A DNA stretch of 64,000 nt from Candidatus Latescibacterota bacterium (GTDB lineage: Bacteria > Latescibacterota > UBA2968 > UBA8231), in assembly GCA_964291625.2 (NCBI GenBank), contig OZ220089.1:3712001-3776000 (forward strand), read 5' to 3'. The position numbers and the translations under genes are program-made. Numbering within the stretch: position 1 is the first letter of the stretch; every line of letters starts with the position of its first letter. The notes below the pieces were generated by a model, which saw only the letters and a list, made by a program, of their open reading frames with translations, searched no databases and was not told the DNA's origin. This document shows positions 9,808-18,634 of this stretch, piece by piece.

Positions 9808-9889
9808 GGGCGGAGGCACCGGCGCGGAACCGGCCGGGGCCATGGGGAGCGTCGGCCGCGGCGGCGGACGAGACGGGCGTGGTGCTCAC
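9808..9889 (-). pseudogene. Decayed stub of permease 5' end, coupled (GTGA) to the binding-protein stop
   Basis: Reads VSTTPVSSAAAAD, then a 1-nt deletion, then (S)SPWPRPVPRRCLRP; compare intact ASSDAAADSPPWPRLGARRGLFP. Confidence 0.8.
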
Positions 9890-11043
9890 TCCAGCCTCCG
9901 GTGGAAGTGCAGGGTGTGGTCGGGCAGGCGGTCGGGGTGGAGGATGCGGATGAAGTCGGCGAGGACGAGGTCGGGCCGGGAGATGCCCCTCTCCCAGTAG
10001 TCGTTGCCGCCGTGCTCGTTGAGCCGGGCGTTGGCGTTGTAGACCCTGCCCCCTTCGAAGGCGGCGAAGGCGGCGTAGCGCTCGTCGGCGGCCCTCACGT
10101 CGGCCAGCGACAGCCACTCGTTGCGCATGGTCAGCCAGAAGTCGGCGTCGTGGGCCTTCTCGTACACGGCCTCGAAGTCGAGGGGCAGGCTCTCCCGGGA
10201 GTCGTTCCCGGCCCACAGGTAGCGGCCGCCGGCGTCGGCGATCAGCTGCGCTGGATAGCTGCCGCCTCCGGAGACGTGCCAGGTGTCGCGCCACAGGGAT
10301 CCGCCGAAGACCGTGGGGCGTTCGTCGGCGGGCACGTCCTGCAACAGCTTCGCGAGGCTCCGGTAGCGGGCCTCGATCCCGGCGAAGCGCTGCTGGCCCA
10401 GGGCCTCGGCGTTGAAGAAGGCGGCGGTGAACTTGAGCCACTCGCTGCGGCCCAGAAGCGACGGTTCGGTGTACTCGGCGTTGATGGCCACGGTCACGCC
10501 GGCCTGCTCCAGCACCGGGTGGGCGTTGTACGGCGACTGGGCCGAGGCCACGGTCATGACCAGGTCGGTCTCCAGTTCCAGAACCACCTCGAGGTTTACC
10601 CCGGCGCCGTGGCCGATCTCGGCGATGGCGCCGTCGGCGAAGCGCTTGTTCACCCCCGGGGAGTGGACCATCTCGATGTCGCTGACGGCGACCAGGCTCT
10701 CCAGAAGGTCCAGCAACTCGAGGTGGGGCAGCTGCGTCGTGGAGAGGGCCGCCAACCGCCGGACGGGTATGGCGATCCGCCGGGCGCCCTCATGGCCCTC
10801 GGGGTCGGGAGTGCCGCACTGCACCAGCAGGTACCGCACGGGCTCCTCGGCGCCGGGCCAGGGGGTGTGCACGGTGACCAGCTTGTAGTGGCCGAAGTAC
10901 TCGATGGAGAAGCTCTCGGCGTGGCGCAGCTCCGCCTTGTGGGGGAAGTAGTCCGCCTCCGGGTTCCAGGCCTCGACGCACTCCGCCCGGCCCGCCGCCG
11001 GGGCGGCGAGGACGATCCACGCCCACAGGCATGTCCTACGCAT
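9886..11043 (-). CDS. Periplasmic ABC substrate-binding protein (corrinoid/iron-chelate type)
   Basis: Signal-like MRRTCLWAWIVLAAPAAGRA; DYFPHKA, IPVRRLAALSTTQL, LGRSEWLKF, GGNDYWERG..RPDLVLAD. Confidence 0.88.
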   Translation of the reverse strand: MRRTCLWAWIVLAAPAAGRAECVEAWNPEADYFPHKAELRHAESFSIEYFGHYKLVTVHTPWPGAEEPVRYLLVQCGTPDPEGHEGARRIAIPVRRLAALSTTQLPHLELLDLLESLVAVSDIEMVHSPGVNKRFADGAIAEIGHGAGVNLEVVLELETDLVMTVASAQSPYNAHPVLEQAGVTVAINAEYTEPSLLGRSEWLKFTAAFFNAEALGQQRFAGIEARYRSLAKLLQDVPADERPTVFGGSLWRDTWHVSGGGSYPAQLIADAGGRYLWAGNDSRESLPLDFEAVYEKAHDADFWLTMRNEWLSLADVRAADERYAAFAAFEGGRVYNANARLNEHGGNDYWERGISRPDLVLADFIRILHPDRLPDHTLHFHRRLE

Positions 11044-11614
11044 CTTCCCGCTCCCCGGCGGCGCCCGCCCCCGGCTCCCACAGCACGTCCGCCTCGCCGC
11101 CGTCGTTGGCGGCACGGGCCATGGCGAAGAGCAGGTCCGAGAGCCGGTTGAGATACTGCAGGGCCGGCTCTCCCACCGGCTCCTGGTCCGCCAGCTGCCA
11201 GGCGGCGCGCTCGGCCCGCCGGCACACGGTCCGCGCCAGGTGGAGCCAGGCCGCCGGCGGCCGCCCCCCGGGCAACACGAAGCTGCGCAGGGGAGCCAGA
11301 TCGCGGGTGAGCTGGTCGATCCGCCTCTCCAGGTAGTGGACCTGCTCCGGCTTCAGGCGCAGGCGCTCCTCCTCTCCTTCGGCCTGGGGCACGCACAGGT
11401 CGGCCCCCAGGTCGAAGAGGTCGTTCTGCACCCGGGCGAGGACCTCGTCGGGCCCGGCGCCGCTGCACCGGGCCAGGCCGATCACCGAGTTCAGCTCGTC
11501 CACGCAGCCGTAGGCGTCGATGCGGGCGCTCGTCTTGGGCACCTGCGACATGTCGCCGAGCCGCGTCAGGCCGCCGTCGCCCGTCTTCGTGTAGAGCCTC
11601 GATAGAGTGACCAT
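11036..11614 (-). CDS. pduO: ATP:cob(I)alamin adenosyltransferase, PduO type
   Basis: LYTKTGDGGLT, AYGCVDELNS, FVLPGG, ARTVCRRAER, YLNRLSDLLF. Confidence 0.95.
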   Translation of the reverse strand: MVTLSRLYTKTGDGGLTRLGDMSQVPKTSARIDAYGCVDELNSVIGLARCSGAGPDEVLARVQNDLFDLGADLCVPQAEGEEERLRLKPEQVHYLERRIDQLTRDLAPLRSFVLPGGRPPAAWLHLARTVCRRAERAAWQLADQEPVGEPALQYLNRLSDLLFAMARAANDGGEADVLWEPGAGAAGEREDA

Positions 11615-11632
11615 GGCGGTTCCTTCCTCCCT

Positions 11633-13036
11633 CTACTTGATCAGCATCACCTTGCCCGCCGCCCGCCGGTCGCCGGCGCGCAGGTGGACCAGGTAGGCGC
11701 CGTTGCCCACCGGCTGGCCGGCGTCGTCGCGGCCGTCCCATCTCAGGACGTGCCGCCCGGCCGCCGCGGGGCCATGGGCCAGGGTGCGGACGGTGCGGCC
11801 GAGCAGGTCGCGGACGGTCAACTCGACCGGGGTGTTGGAGTTGTCCACGGCCATGGGGATGTGCACGGAGGCGTTGAAGGGATTGGGCCAGGCCGCCTCG
11901 AGGGAGAACCCCCGCGGCCGGCCGCCGCCGGCGATCTCCTCGACGGCCGTGGGAGCCGCGTCACGGAGGACGACGAGGTGCATCGGCGGCAGGCCGGTGT
12001 TGACGGGGCCGGCCAGGAAGGCGCCCGTGGCCGCGTCGTAGAGCTTGAGCCCGGCGGCGTCCGGGTCGTCCCAGCTGCCGCGGTCGGCGACGATCAGGCG
12101 CTCTCCGTCGGCGGCCAGGTGCGGGATGAAGCCGCCGCTGATGCTCTCCAGGGGCTCGCCCACGGCGCCGGTCTCGAGATCGAAGGGCCTCACGCTGTTG
12201 GCGAAGCTCTCGTCCGCCACCACGGCGTAGCCCCGGTTCCCGTCGACGAGGACCATGGAGGTGATGTCGCCCCCGAGGTCCGCCTCGCTCACGGCAAGGC
12301 CGAGGCTGCGGTTGGCGGCCGTATCGACGATCTCCACCCCTCCGGCTCGATCTCCGAAGTTGACCACCACGCCCACGGCGATGCGGTCGCCGGAGACGGC
12401 CAGGCTGTTGGGATTGGCGGCGCTCAGGGCGATGCCCTGCACCCCTTCGGTATCCGGGTCCACGTCGACGAGGGTGTCGGTGGCCAGGTCGACGACGATC
12501 AGGTAGCTCACGTCCACCGGACCCCAGCCGCCGTTGCGGTCGAGGCGCTGGCAGCCCAGGTAGAGGCGCCCGCCGACGCGGACGATCTGCGAGACCTCGG
12601 GCAGGCCGTCGCCGTCGGCGAAGGCGCCCAGGTCGATCTCCCCGAGCTGCGCCCCGTCCCGGGGATCGACGATCAGCAGGGAGGCCGTCTCGTAGAGCGT
12701 CACGTAGGCCTTGTCGGGCGCCACGATCTCGATGTCGTGCGGGTTCGTCCCGTTGCCCACCGAGAACTGGGTCACGGGCGTGCGCAGGTCGGTCTCGTCC
12801 AGGACCAGGATGTTGTCCTGGCCGAGGCGGTTGACGACGTAGACGCGGCCCTCGTGGTAGTGTCCCGCGGCGTCGGAGTGAACGGCCAGCAGGTTGACCT
12901 CGGCCTCGGCGGCGCCGGCGGCCAGGAAGGCGGTGCTGCCGGTGGAGAAGTCGGTGGTGATGACGAAGAGGCCGCTCTGCGCCGACGACGGGACCGCCGT
13001 CAGCAGGAGGGCGGCGGCAAGGGAAAGCCGGTGCAC
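11633..13036 (-). CDS. Secreted YncE/YVTN-like beta-propeller with C-terminal FlgD-Ig (PNPFN) domain; candidate BtuG-like corrinoid capture protein
   Basis: Signal peptide ...LLLTAVPSSA; propeller-like NPHDIEIVAPDKAYVT; C-terminal AWPNPFNAS...WDGRDDAGQPVGNGAYLV; directly behind the receptor. Confidence 0.7.
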   Translation of the reverse strand: MHRLSLAAALLLTAVPSSAQSGLFVITTDFSTGSTAFLAAGAAEAEVNLLAVHSDAAGHYHEGRVYVVNRLGQDNILVLDETDLRTPVTQFSVGNGTNPHDIEIVAPDKAYVTLYETASLLIVDPRDGAQLGEIDLGAFADGDGLPEVSQIVRVGGRLYLGCQRLDRNGGWGPVDVSYLIVVDLATDTLVDVDPDTEGVQGIALSAANPNSLAVSGDRIAVGVVVNFGDRAGGVEIVDTAANRSLGLAVSEADLGGDITSMVLVDGNRGYAVVADESFANSVRPFDLETGAVGEPLESISGGFIPHLAADGERLIVADRGSWDDPDAAGLKLYDAATGAFLAGPVNTGLPPMHLVVLRDAAPTAVEEIAGGGRPRGFSLEAAWPNPFNASVHIPMAVDNSNTPVELTVRDLLGRTVRTLAHGPAAAGRHVLRWDGRDDAGQPVGNGAYLVHLRAGDRRAAGKVMLIK

Positions 13037-13055
13037 GCAGGTCCTGCCTTTCGTT

Positions 13056-15269
13056 CTAGGGGTTCGTGGCATAGTGCAGGCCGAGTCCGTAGAACCGGCC
13101 CGGGAGCGGGTAGCCCCACAGGTCGGCCACCCGGTCGTCGGTCAGGTTGCGCAGCTCCAGGGAGAGGGAGAGGCCCGCCGCCAGGGGCAGGCTGCCGCCG
13201 AGGTTGTAAAGGGTGCGCACGGGCACGGCGCGAAGGTTGGCGCGGTCGAGGAAGTGGCGGCTCTCGCGGCTGACCTCGCCGTGAAGCCCGACGCCGCCCA
13301 GGTCGAGGGCGGCGCGCCCGTGGAGCCGGTGGCGCGGCGCGTTGGGCAGGTCGTTGCCGCGCTCGAAGGAGAAGGGGGTGCGGTTCTCGGCGCGCTGGTA
13401 CGCGTAGTGGCCGCGGACCGACAGCCACGGCGACAACCGCGCCTGCACCCGCGTCTCCACGCCGCGCAGCAGGGCCCGCCCCAGGTTGTGGGGCCGGGAG
13501 ACGCGCTGCGAGTTCTGCACGAAGCGGATCAGGTCGTCGACGCGGTTGCGGTAGTACACGGCCTCGGCCAACTCCAGCCCCGCGCCGTCGCCGCGGCGCC
13601 GGTAGACCAGTCCCAGGTCGCGGTTGTGCCCCTCCTCGCTGACCAGGCCGGTGTTGCCGATCACGGCGCCGCGGTCGCCGAAGAGCTCGAAGAAGCTCGG
13701 GGGCCGCCGGTAGCGGCCGCCGTGGGCCTTGAGGGCCAGGCCGCCGCCGAGGTCCAGCTTCCCCCCCAGGCGCCAGCCCCACAGCAGCTCGCGGTTCTCG
13801 CGTCGCGGCAGGACGCCGCTGGGGGCGAAGCTCTTGCGGTCGAAGAAGCGGTCGTCCAGCCCCTCGGCCTGAGTGCCGGCGTTGAGGGTCAGCCGCGGCC
13901 CGAGGGGCACCTCCACCTCGGTGCCGGCGGCCAGGGCCCGGCGGCGGCTGCGCAGGAGCCGGCTCTCGGACCGCAGCAGGTCGTCGGGCGAGAAGCTCTC
14001 GCCCCGGGCCGCGGCGAAGGCGGTGACCAGGGAGCGGCCGGGCAGGAGGGCGTTCACCTCGCCCCGCACGCCCAGGCCCCGGGTGAGGTTGCGGTCGTGC
14101 TGGCGGCCGACGCCCACCTCGCCGAGGCGGTCCCGGTACTCGTCGCGCGTCAGGGAGTGGTGGGCCTGCAGCCGGTAGCCGGCGCCGCGGCCCAGGGGCC
14201 CGAAGAGGGAGGCCTCGGCGATGTGCCGCCAGGTGTCGTAACGGGTGTGCAGGGACTGGTTGTTGCCGAGGCCGGGGATGCCCTTGCCGAGCAGGTCGAG
14301 GGTGTTGTGGACCTGCAGGCGGCCGGCCCCCAGGCTGCGCCCGGCCTTGGCCAGGGCGCGCAGGCCGCGGAAGTCGCTGTTGAGCCGCCGCGCCCAGCCG
14401 TCGTCGCCGGCGTTGTACTCGGTGCCGTTGTCGTCGAGAAAGCGGAAGTCGTTGCGGCTGGCGCTGTAGTCGACCAGGCCCAGGTACTCCCACTCCCTCC
14501 AGGGGCCGCCGATGGACGCCCCGACCTGGCGGGTGCCGAAGGAGCCGCTGGCAGTGCGCACGCGGGTGAGGACCTCGCTGCCGAGGGGGCGGGTGCGCAG
14601 GTGGACGACGCCGCCGAGGCTGTTGCCGCCGAAGCGGGCCGGCACCGCCCCCCGGTAGATCTCGACGCTGCTCAGGCCGCCGATGGGCAGGCCGCCCAGG
14701 TCGACGCCGCCGCCCGCGGCCCGGTTGAGGGGCACCCCGTCGAGGAAGACCTGCACCTGCTCCGAGGTGGAGCCGCGGATGGAGAGGGTGCTGAAGCTGC
14801 CGAGTCCTCCGTAGCGGCGCACGTTGACGCCGGTGGCGCGGTCGAGGGTCTGGGCCAGGTCGGCCCCGGGGGCGCGCCTGTCGAGGGAGATGGTCTCGAC
14901 GAAGGCGGCCACCGGCTCGCCGCCGGGGTGGCGCCGGGCGCGGACGACCATCTCGTCCATGAGCAGGGGGAGGGGCTCCAGGCGCCACTCGACCGAGGCG
15001 AGGCCGTCGCCGGTCTGCAGCCGGGCCCGGTGCGGGCGGTATCCAAGCCGCCGCACGCCCAGGTCCCACGCGCCGGGCGGCAGGTCCTCGAGGCGGAAGG
15101 CGCCGGCCGTGTCGCTGCGGGCGGAACGGACCGCGCCCGAGGGGGAGCGCAGGGTCAGGAGGGCGCCGGCCACGGGCTCCCCCGCGTCGGCGTCCAGTAG
15201 CCGGCCTTCGAGGACGCCGGCCAGCAGAGGCGGGGGCTGCAGGGCCAGGAGGCCCAGGAGGGAAATCAA
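13056..15269 (-). CDS. btuB: TonB-dependent receptor, probable cobalamin receptor, with N-terminal carboxypeptidase-regulatory-like domain
   Basis: Plug motifs LSIRGSTSEQVQVFLDGVPLN and VEIYRG...GGVVHL; YRRPPSFFELFG; C-terminal NLTD..GYPLPGR; first gene after the B12 riboswitch. TTG start at 15269 inferred. Confidence 0.85.
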   Translation of the reverse strand: MISLLGLLALQPPPLLAGVLEGRLLDADAGEPVAGALLTLRSPSGAVRSARSDTAGAFRLEDLPPGAWDLGVRRLGYRPHRARLQTGDGLASVEWRLEPLPLLMDEMVVRARRHPGGEPVAAFVETISLDRRAPGADLAQTLDRATGVNVRRYGGLGSFSTLSIRGSTSEQVQVFLDGVPLNRAAGGGVDLGGLPIGGLSSVEIYRGAVPARFGGNSLGGVVHLRTRPLGSEVLTRVRTASGSFGTRQVGASIGGPWREWEYLGLVDYSASRNDFRFLDDNGTEYNAGDDGWARRLNSDFRGLRALAKAGRSLGAGRLQVHNTLDLLGKGIPGLGNNQSLHTRYDTWRHIAEASLFGPLGRGAGYRLQAHHSLTRDEYRDRLGEVGVGRQHDRNLTRGLGVRGEVNALLPGRSLVTAFAAARGESFSPDDLLRSESRLLRSRRRALAAGTEVEVPLGPRLTLNAGTQAEGLDDRFFDRKSFAPSGVLPRRENRELLWGWRLGGKLDLGGGLALKAHGGRYRRPPSFFELFGDRGAVIGNTGLVSEEGHNRDLGLVYRRRGDGAGLELAEAVYYRNRVDDLIRFVQNSQRVSRPHNLGRALLRGVETRVQARLSPWLSVRGHYAYQRAENRTPFSFERGNDLPNAPRHRLHGRAALDLGGVGLHGEVSRESRHFLDRANLRAVPVRTLYNLGGSLPLAAGLSLSLELRNLTDDRVADLWGYPLPGRFYGLGLHYATNP

Positions 15270-15296
15270 AAAACCCGCCCTCGTTCGAGAGCGGGT
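15268..15296 (-). terminator. Intrinsic terminator / SD-sequestering hairpin of the riboswitch expression platform
   Basis: Minus-strand RNA CCCGCUCUC-GAAC-GAGGGCGGG followed by U6 running into the TTG start. Confidence 0.8.
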
Positions 15297-15357
15297 CGGG
15301 GCGCCGTGTCCGGGCACCGGTGACCACCTTTCTACCGAAGGAGTCGTTCACCTCGGT

Positions 15358-15550
15358 CGCAGGCAGGTCTCCTGGCTTCCGGTGTGCGTCCTCCGGCTCC
15401 TTCCCGATCCGCTTGGGGATCAGTGGCTGATGCCGGAGACGCGACGGCGGTTGCGCCGTCTACCGGTCACAGTGGCGGGACCGCGGCAGATTCTCACTGC
15501 CTTCCCTATTCTTCCGCCGCCCGGGGAGGCGGCGGACACCTGCGCCGTTA
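15358..15550 (-). promoter_or_regulatory. Cobalamin (AdoCbl) riboswitch
   Basis: Minus strand AGGTG...AATAGGGAAGGCAGTGAGAATCTGCCGCGGTCCCGCCACTGTGA...GCCACTG...GGGAAGG...GAAGCCAGGAGACCTGCC (B12 box). Confidence 0.95.
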
Positions 15551-15561
15551 TGTCGGCGGGG

Positions 15562-15591
15562 AGTGTAGGAGTGGGGCGGGAGGTTTGTCAA
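15562..15591 (-). promoter_or_regulatory. Sigma70-type promoter of the B12 operon
   Basis: TTGACA-N18-TACACT immediately upstream of the riboswitch. Confidence 0.75.
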
Positions 15592-15730
15592 GATCCCCCA
15601 CGTGAGCCCGTCGGGTACAGGCGGGCTTTTGCGGGTTCCGCGAGGGGAATCATATTCAATGGGTCTCCGGCCGCCGCCGAAAACGGCGCGCCGTCGCCTT
15701 GCGCCTCCTCCACTCGTTCGTGGAGTCACC

Positions 15731-17512
15731 ATGGCCGCAACGTACCCCCGCATTCCCTACGGAGAGGCCGATTTCAAGCGCATCCGCGTGAATGGCTGGC
15801 TCTACGTCGACAAGACCCGCTTCGTCCACACGTTGGAGAAGGAGCGCTACGCCTTCCTGATCCGGCCCCGCCGCATGGGCAAGTCCTGCTGGGTCTCCCT
15901 GCTGGACCACTACTACAACCGCAACCGCGCCGGCGCCTTCGAGGCCGTCTTCGGCGGCACCGACCTGGGGCGGCGCCCCACGGAGGAGCGCCATCGCTAC
16001 GTCATCCTGCGCTTCAACTTCTCGGCCTTCGAGGATACCCTGGACACGCTGCGGGAGCGCTTTGAGACCTACTGCCACCTGATGGTCCGTAACGCCCTGG
16101 AGCGCAACCCGGACCTGTTTCCCGAAAAGGAGACGGAGCGCATCCTCTCCCAGCCCTCCATCGACGCCAAGCTCAACGAGTTGTTCCTGTACGCCGGCGA
16201 CTACGGCATCCCGCTGTACGTGCTGATCGACGAGTACGACAACTTCGCCAACACGGTGCTGGCCCATCACGGCGAGGAGGCGTACCAGTCCTTCACCCAC
16301 GGCGGCGGCTTCTACCGCAACTTCTTCGCCACCCTCAAGGCCGGCGCCGGACAGAGCGAGGGCGGCCTGGAGCGGCTGTTCATCACCGGCGTGTCGCCGA
16401 TCACCATGGACGACGTGACCAGCGGCTTCAACATCGGCAGGAACATCAGCCTGCGCCCCGAGTTCAACGACATGCTCGGCTTCACCGAAGAGGAGGTGCG
16501 GGGTCTGCTGGAGATGTACCGCGACCACGGGGTGTTCAGTCAGGACGTGGAAGCCGCCCTGGAGGTGATGCGGGAGTGGTACAACGGCTACCGGTTTTCC
16601 GAGGAGGTCGAGGGGGACCTCTACAACACCGACATGGTCCTCTATTTCCTCGATGAGTCCATGCCGAACAAGAGGGCGCCGCGGGAGTTGATCGACACCA
16701 ACGTGCGCATCGACTACGGCAAGCTGCGCCACCTGCTGACGGTCAACCGCCAACTCAACGGCAACTTCGACCTGCTGCGTCACATCATCGGCGAGGAAGT
16801 GACCGACAGCGACATCCAGATCAGCTTCCCCCTGGACCGGCTCGGCCGGCGCGAGAACTTCCTGTCGCTGCTGTTCTACTTCGGTCTGCTCAGCATTCGC
16901 GAGGTGTCCCACGGGGTGCCCCGGCTGGGCATTCCCAACCAGACGGTGAAGCGCCTGATGTACGGGTACCTGCGGGATGCCTACGACGACGTGGGGGTGT
17001 TCTCCGTCGACGTGTACATCTTCTCACGCCTGGTGCGCGAGATGGCCTACGACGGCGCCTGGCAGCCGGCCCTGGAATTCCTGCAGAAGGCCCTCGTCGA
17101 GCAGACCGGCATCCGCGACTACCTCGACGGCGAGAAGGTGATTCACGGGTTCATGGCGGCCCACTTCAGCATGGTGAGCCAGTTTCTGCTGCACTCGGAG
17201 TACGAATTGAACAAGGGGTACGCCGACCTCTACCTGGAGCCCTTCGTCGCCCAGTACCCCGACATGAGGTTCGGCTACGTGCTGGAACTCAAGTATCTGA
17301 AACGGCGCGAGCCCCTCGACGAGTCCCTGCTGGAGGCGACGACGCAGGAGGCCGCCCTCCAGGTGAGCGGCTACCTGGCCGACCCGGGCTTGCAGCGCCG
17401 CTACCCGTCGGTGCGGCACATCGGTCTGGCGGTGGTCTTTCACGGCTGGGAGCTGGCGGCCTGCGAGGCGGTGGACGCCGGCGCGGAGGCGGCCGACCCC
17501 GCGCCCGGTTGA
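15731..17512 (+). CDS. AAA-ATPase-like protein with C-terminal PD-(D/E)XK nuclease (PDDEXK_9 type)
   Basis: YVDKT, RPRRMGKS, VLIDEYD, FITGVSP, WYNGY, GYADLYL...VLELKY; GGAG RBS. Confidence 0.9.
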   Translation: MAATYPRIPYGEADFKRIRVNGWLYVDKTRFVHTLEKERYAFLIRPRRMGKSCWVSLLDHYYNRNRAGAFEAVFGGTDLGRRPTEERHRYVILRFNFSAFEDTLDTLRERFETYCHLMVRNALERNPDLFPEKETERILSQPSIDAKLNELFLYAGDYGIPLYVLIDEYDNFANTVLAHHGEEAYQSFTHGGGFYRNFFATLKAGAGQSEGGLERLFITGVSPITMDDVTSGFNIGRNISLRPEFNDMLGFTEEEVRGLLEMYRDHGVFSQDVEAALEVMREWYNGYRFSEEVEGDLYNTDMVLYFLDESMPNKRAPRELIDTNVRIDYGKLRHLLTVNRQLNGNFDLLRHIIGEEVTDSDIQISFPLDRLGRRENFLSLLFYFGLLSIREVSHGVPRLGIPNQTVKRLMYGYLRDAYDDVGVFSVDVYIFSRLVREMAYDGAWQPALEFLQKALVEQTGIRDYLDGEKVIHGFMAAHFSMVSQFLLHSEYELNKGYADLYLEPFVAQYPDMRFGYVLELKYLKRREPLDESLLEATTQEAALQVSGYLADPGLQRRYPSVRHIGLAVVFHGWELAACEAVDAGAEAADPAPG

Positions 17513-17574
17513 CAGGGAGCTTCGGGCACCGACGGCGGCCTTTGCTTTACCGAATTCATCTGTGCCATCCGTCG

Positions 17575-17604
17575 GTTTCTCCGGTCGATCCCTGCCGGAG
17601 AAAC
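17575..17604. terminator. 10-bp inverted repeat between convergent genes
   Basis: GTTTCTCCGG / CCGGAGAAAC with a 10-nt loop. Confidence 0.5.
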
Positions 17605-17629
17605 AGGTTGAACGGCCTCAGCCGGTCTG

Positions 17630-18634
17630 TCACCCATCCTCCCCGCCCGTGAGCCACTCCGGGTCCAGCCGCGCCAGCACCAGGCCCCGCTCCACCTCGT
17701 AGAGGCAGAGGATCCTCCCGCCGGCCACGGCCAGATCGGAGTAGGCGGCGCGGCCCTCGGTGATCACCCGGGAGACCGGCCAGCTCCGGCACTCGTCCAG
17801 GCTCAGCCGCAGGGTGAGGCGGCGCCGCTCCCGCGGGTCCGAGGGATGGGCGAGCAGGACGCGGTCCTCCGACAGGCGCGCGAGGCTGCCCTGGCAGGAA
17901 GGCTCGGGCTGTCCGGGGTCGTACTCGACGTCGGTCCAGGTGTGGCCGCCGTCGCGGCTCCAGGCGCGGGCGCGCAGGGACCGGCCGCCGCGGCTGCGGG
18001 CGTTCAGGTAGACGGCGCCGTCGGCCGTCTCCACCGCGGCGCACTCGTCCGAGGCGTCGCGGGTCAGCATCTCGCCGCGGGTCCAGCTCTGGCCGTGGTC
18101 GTCGCTGTAGATGGCGTACGACGACTGGATCTCCCCCCAGGAGGGGCGGGGCCGCCACCGCACCGGGCCGGGGGACTCGTCGCACCAGGAGGGCGCCAGC
18201 AGCCGGCCGCCGCTCAACTGGATGCCGTGGCAGGGGCCGGTGCCGACGAAGGCCCAGGAGGGATCCTTCGCGGTGGCCGTGATATCCCGCGGCTCCGCCC
18301 AGCCGGCGCCGTCGTCGTCGCTGCAGGTGCAGAAGACTTCCTGGTTGTTCCTGCAGAACAGGAGCCACACCACGCCGGTCGTCCCGTCGACGATGGGGCA
18401 GGGGTTGCCGCAGGTGTGGGTGCCGTCGCTGACGGCGACGCGCGGGGAATCCCAGGTGAGGCCGGCGTCGAAGCTGCGGCGCACGAGGATGTCGATCTCG
18501 TCGTGGTCGTGGCCGGTGTGGCGGCGGGCCTCGCAGAAGGCGAGGACGGTGCCGGCCGTGGTCGTGACCAGGGCCGGGATGCGGTAGACGAAGTAGCCGT
18601 CCCGGCGGTGGACCCAGAGGTCGCTCTCGTGCAT
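17630..18634 (-). CDS. Sialidase-family (GH33/BNR) protein, no signal peptide
   Basis: YRIPAL motif; Asp-boxes SFDAGLTW, SDDDGAGW, SDDHGQSW, SRDGGHTW; AAYSDL. Confidence 0.88.
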   Translation of the reverse strand: MHESDLWVHRRDGYFVYRIPALVTTTAGTVLAFCEARRHTGHDHDEIDILVRRSFDAGLTWDSPRVAVSDGTHTCGNPCPIVDGTTGVVWLLFCRNNQEVFCTCSDDDGAGWAEPRDITATAKDPSWAFVGTGPCHGIQLSGGRLLAPSWCDESPGPVRWRPRPSWGEIQSSYAIYSDDHGQSWTRGEMLTRDASDECAAVETADGAVYLNARSRGGRSLRARAWSRDGGHTWTDVEYDPGQPEPSCQGSLARLSEDRVLLAHPSDPRERRRLTLRLSLDECRSWPVSRVITEGRAAYSDLAVAGGRILCLYEVERGLVLARLDPEWLTGGEDG

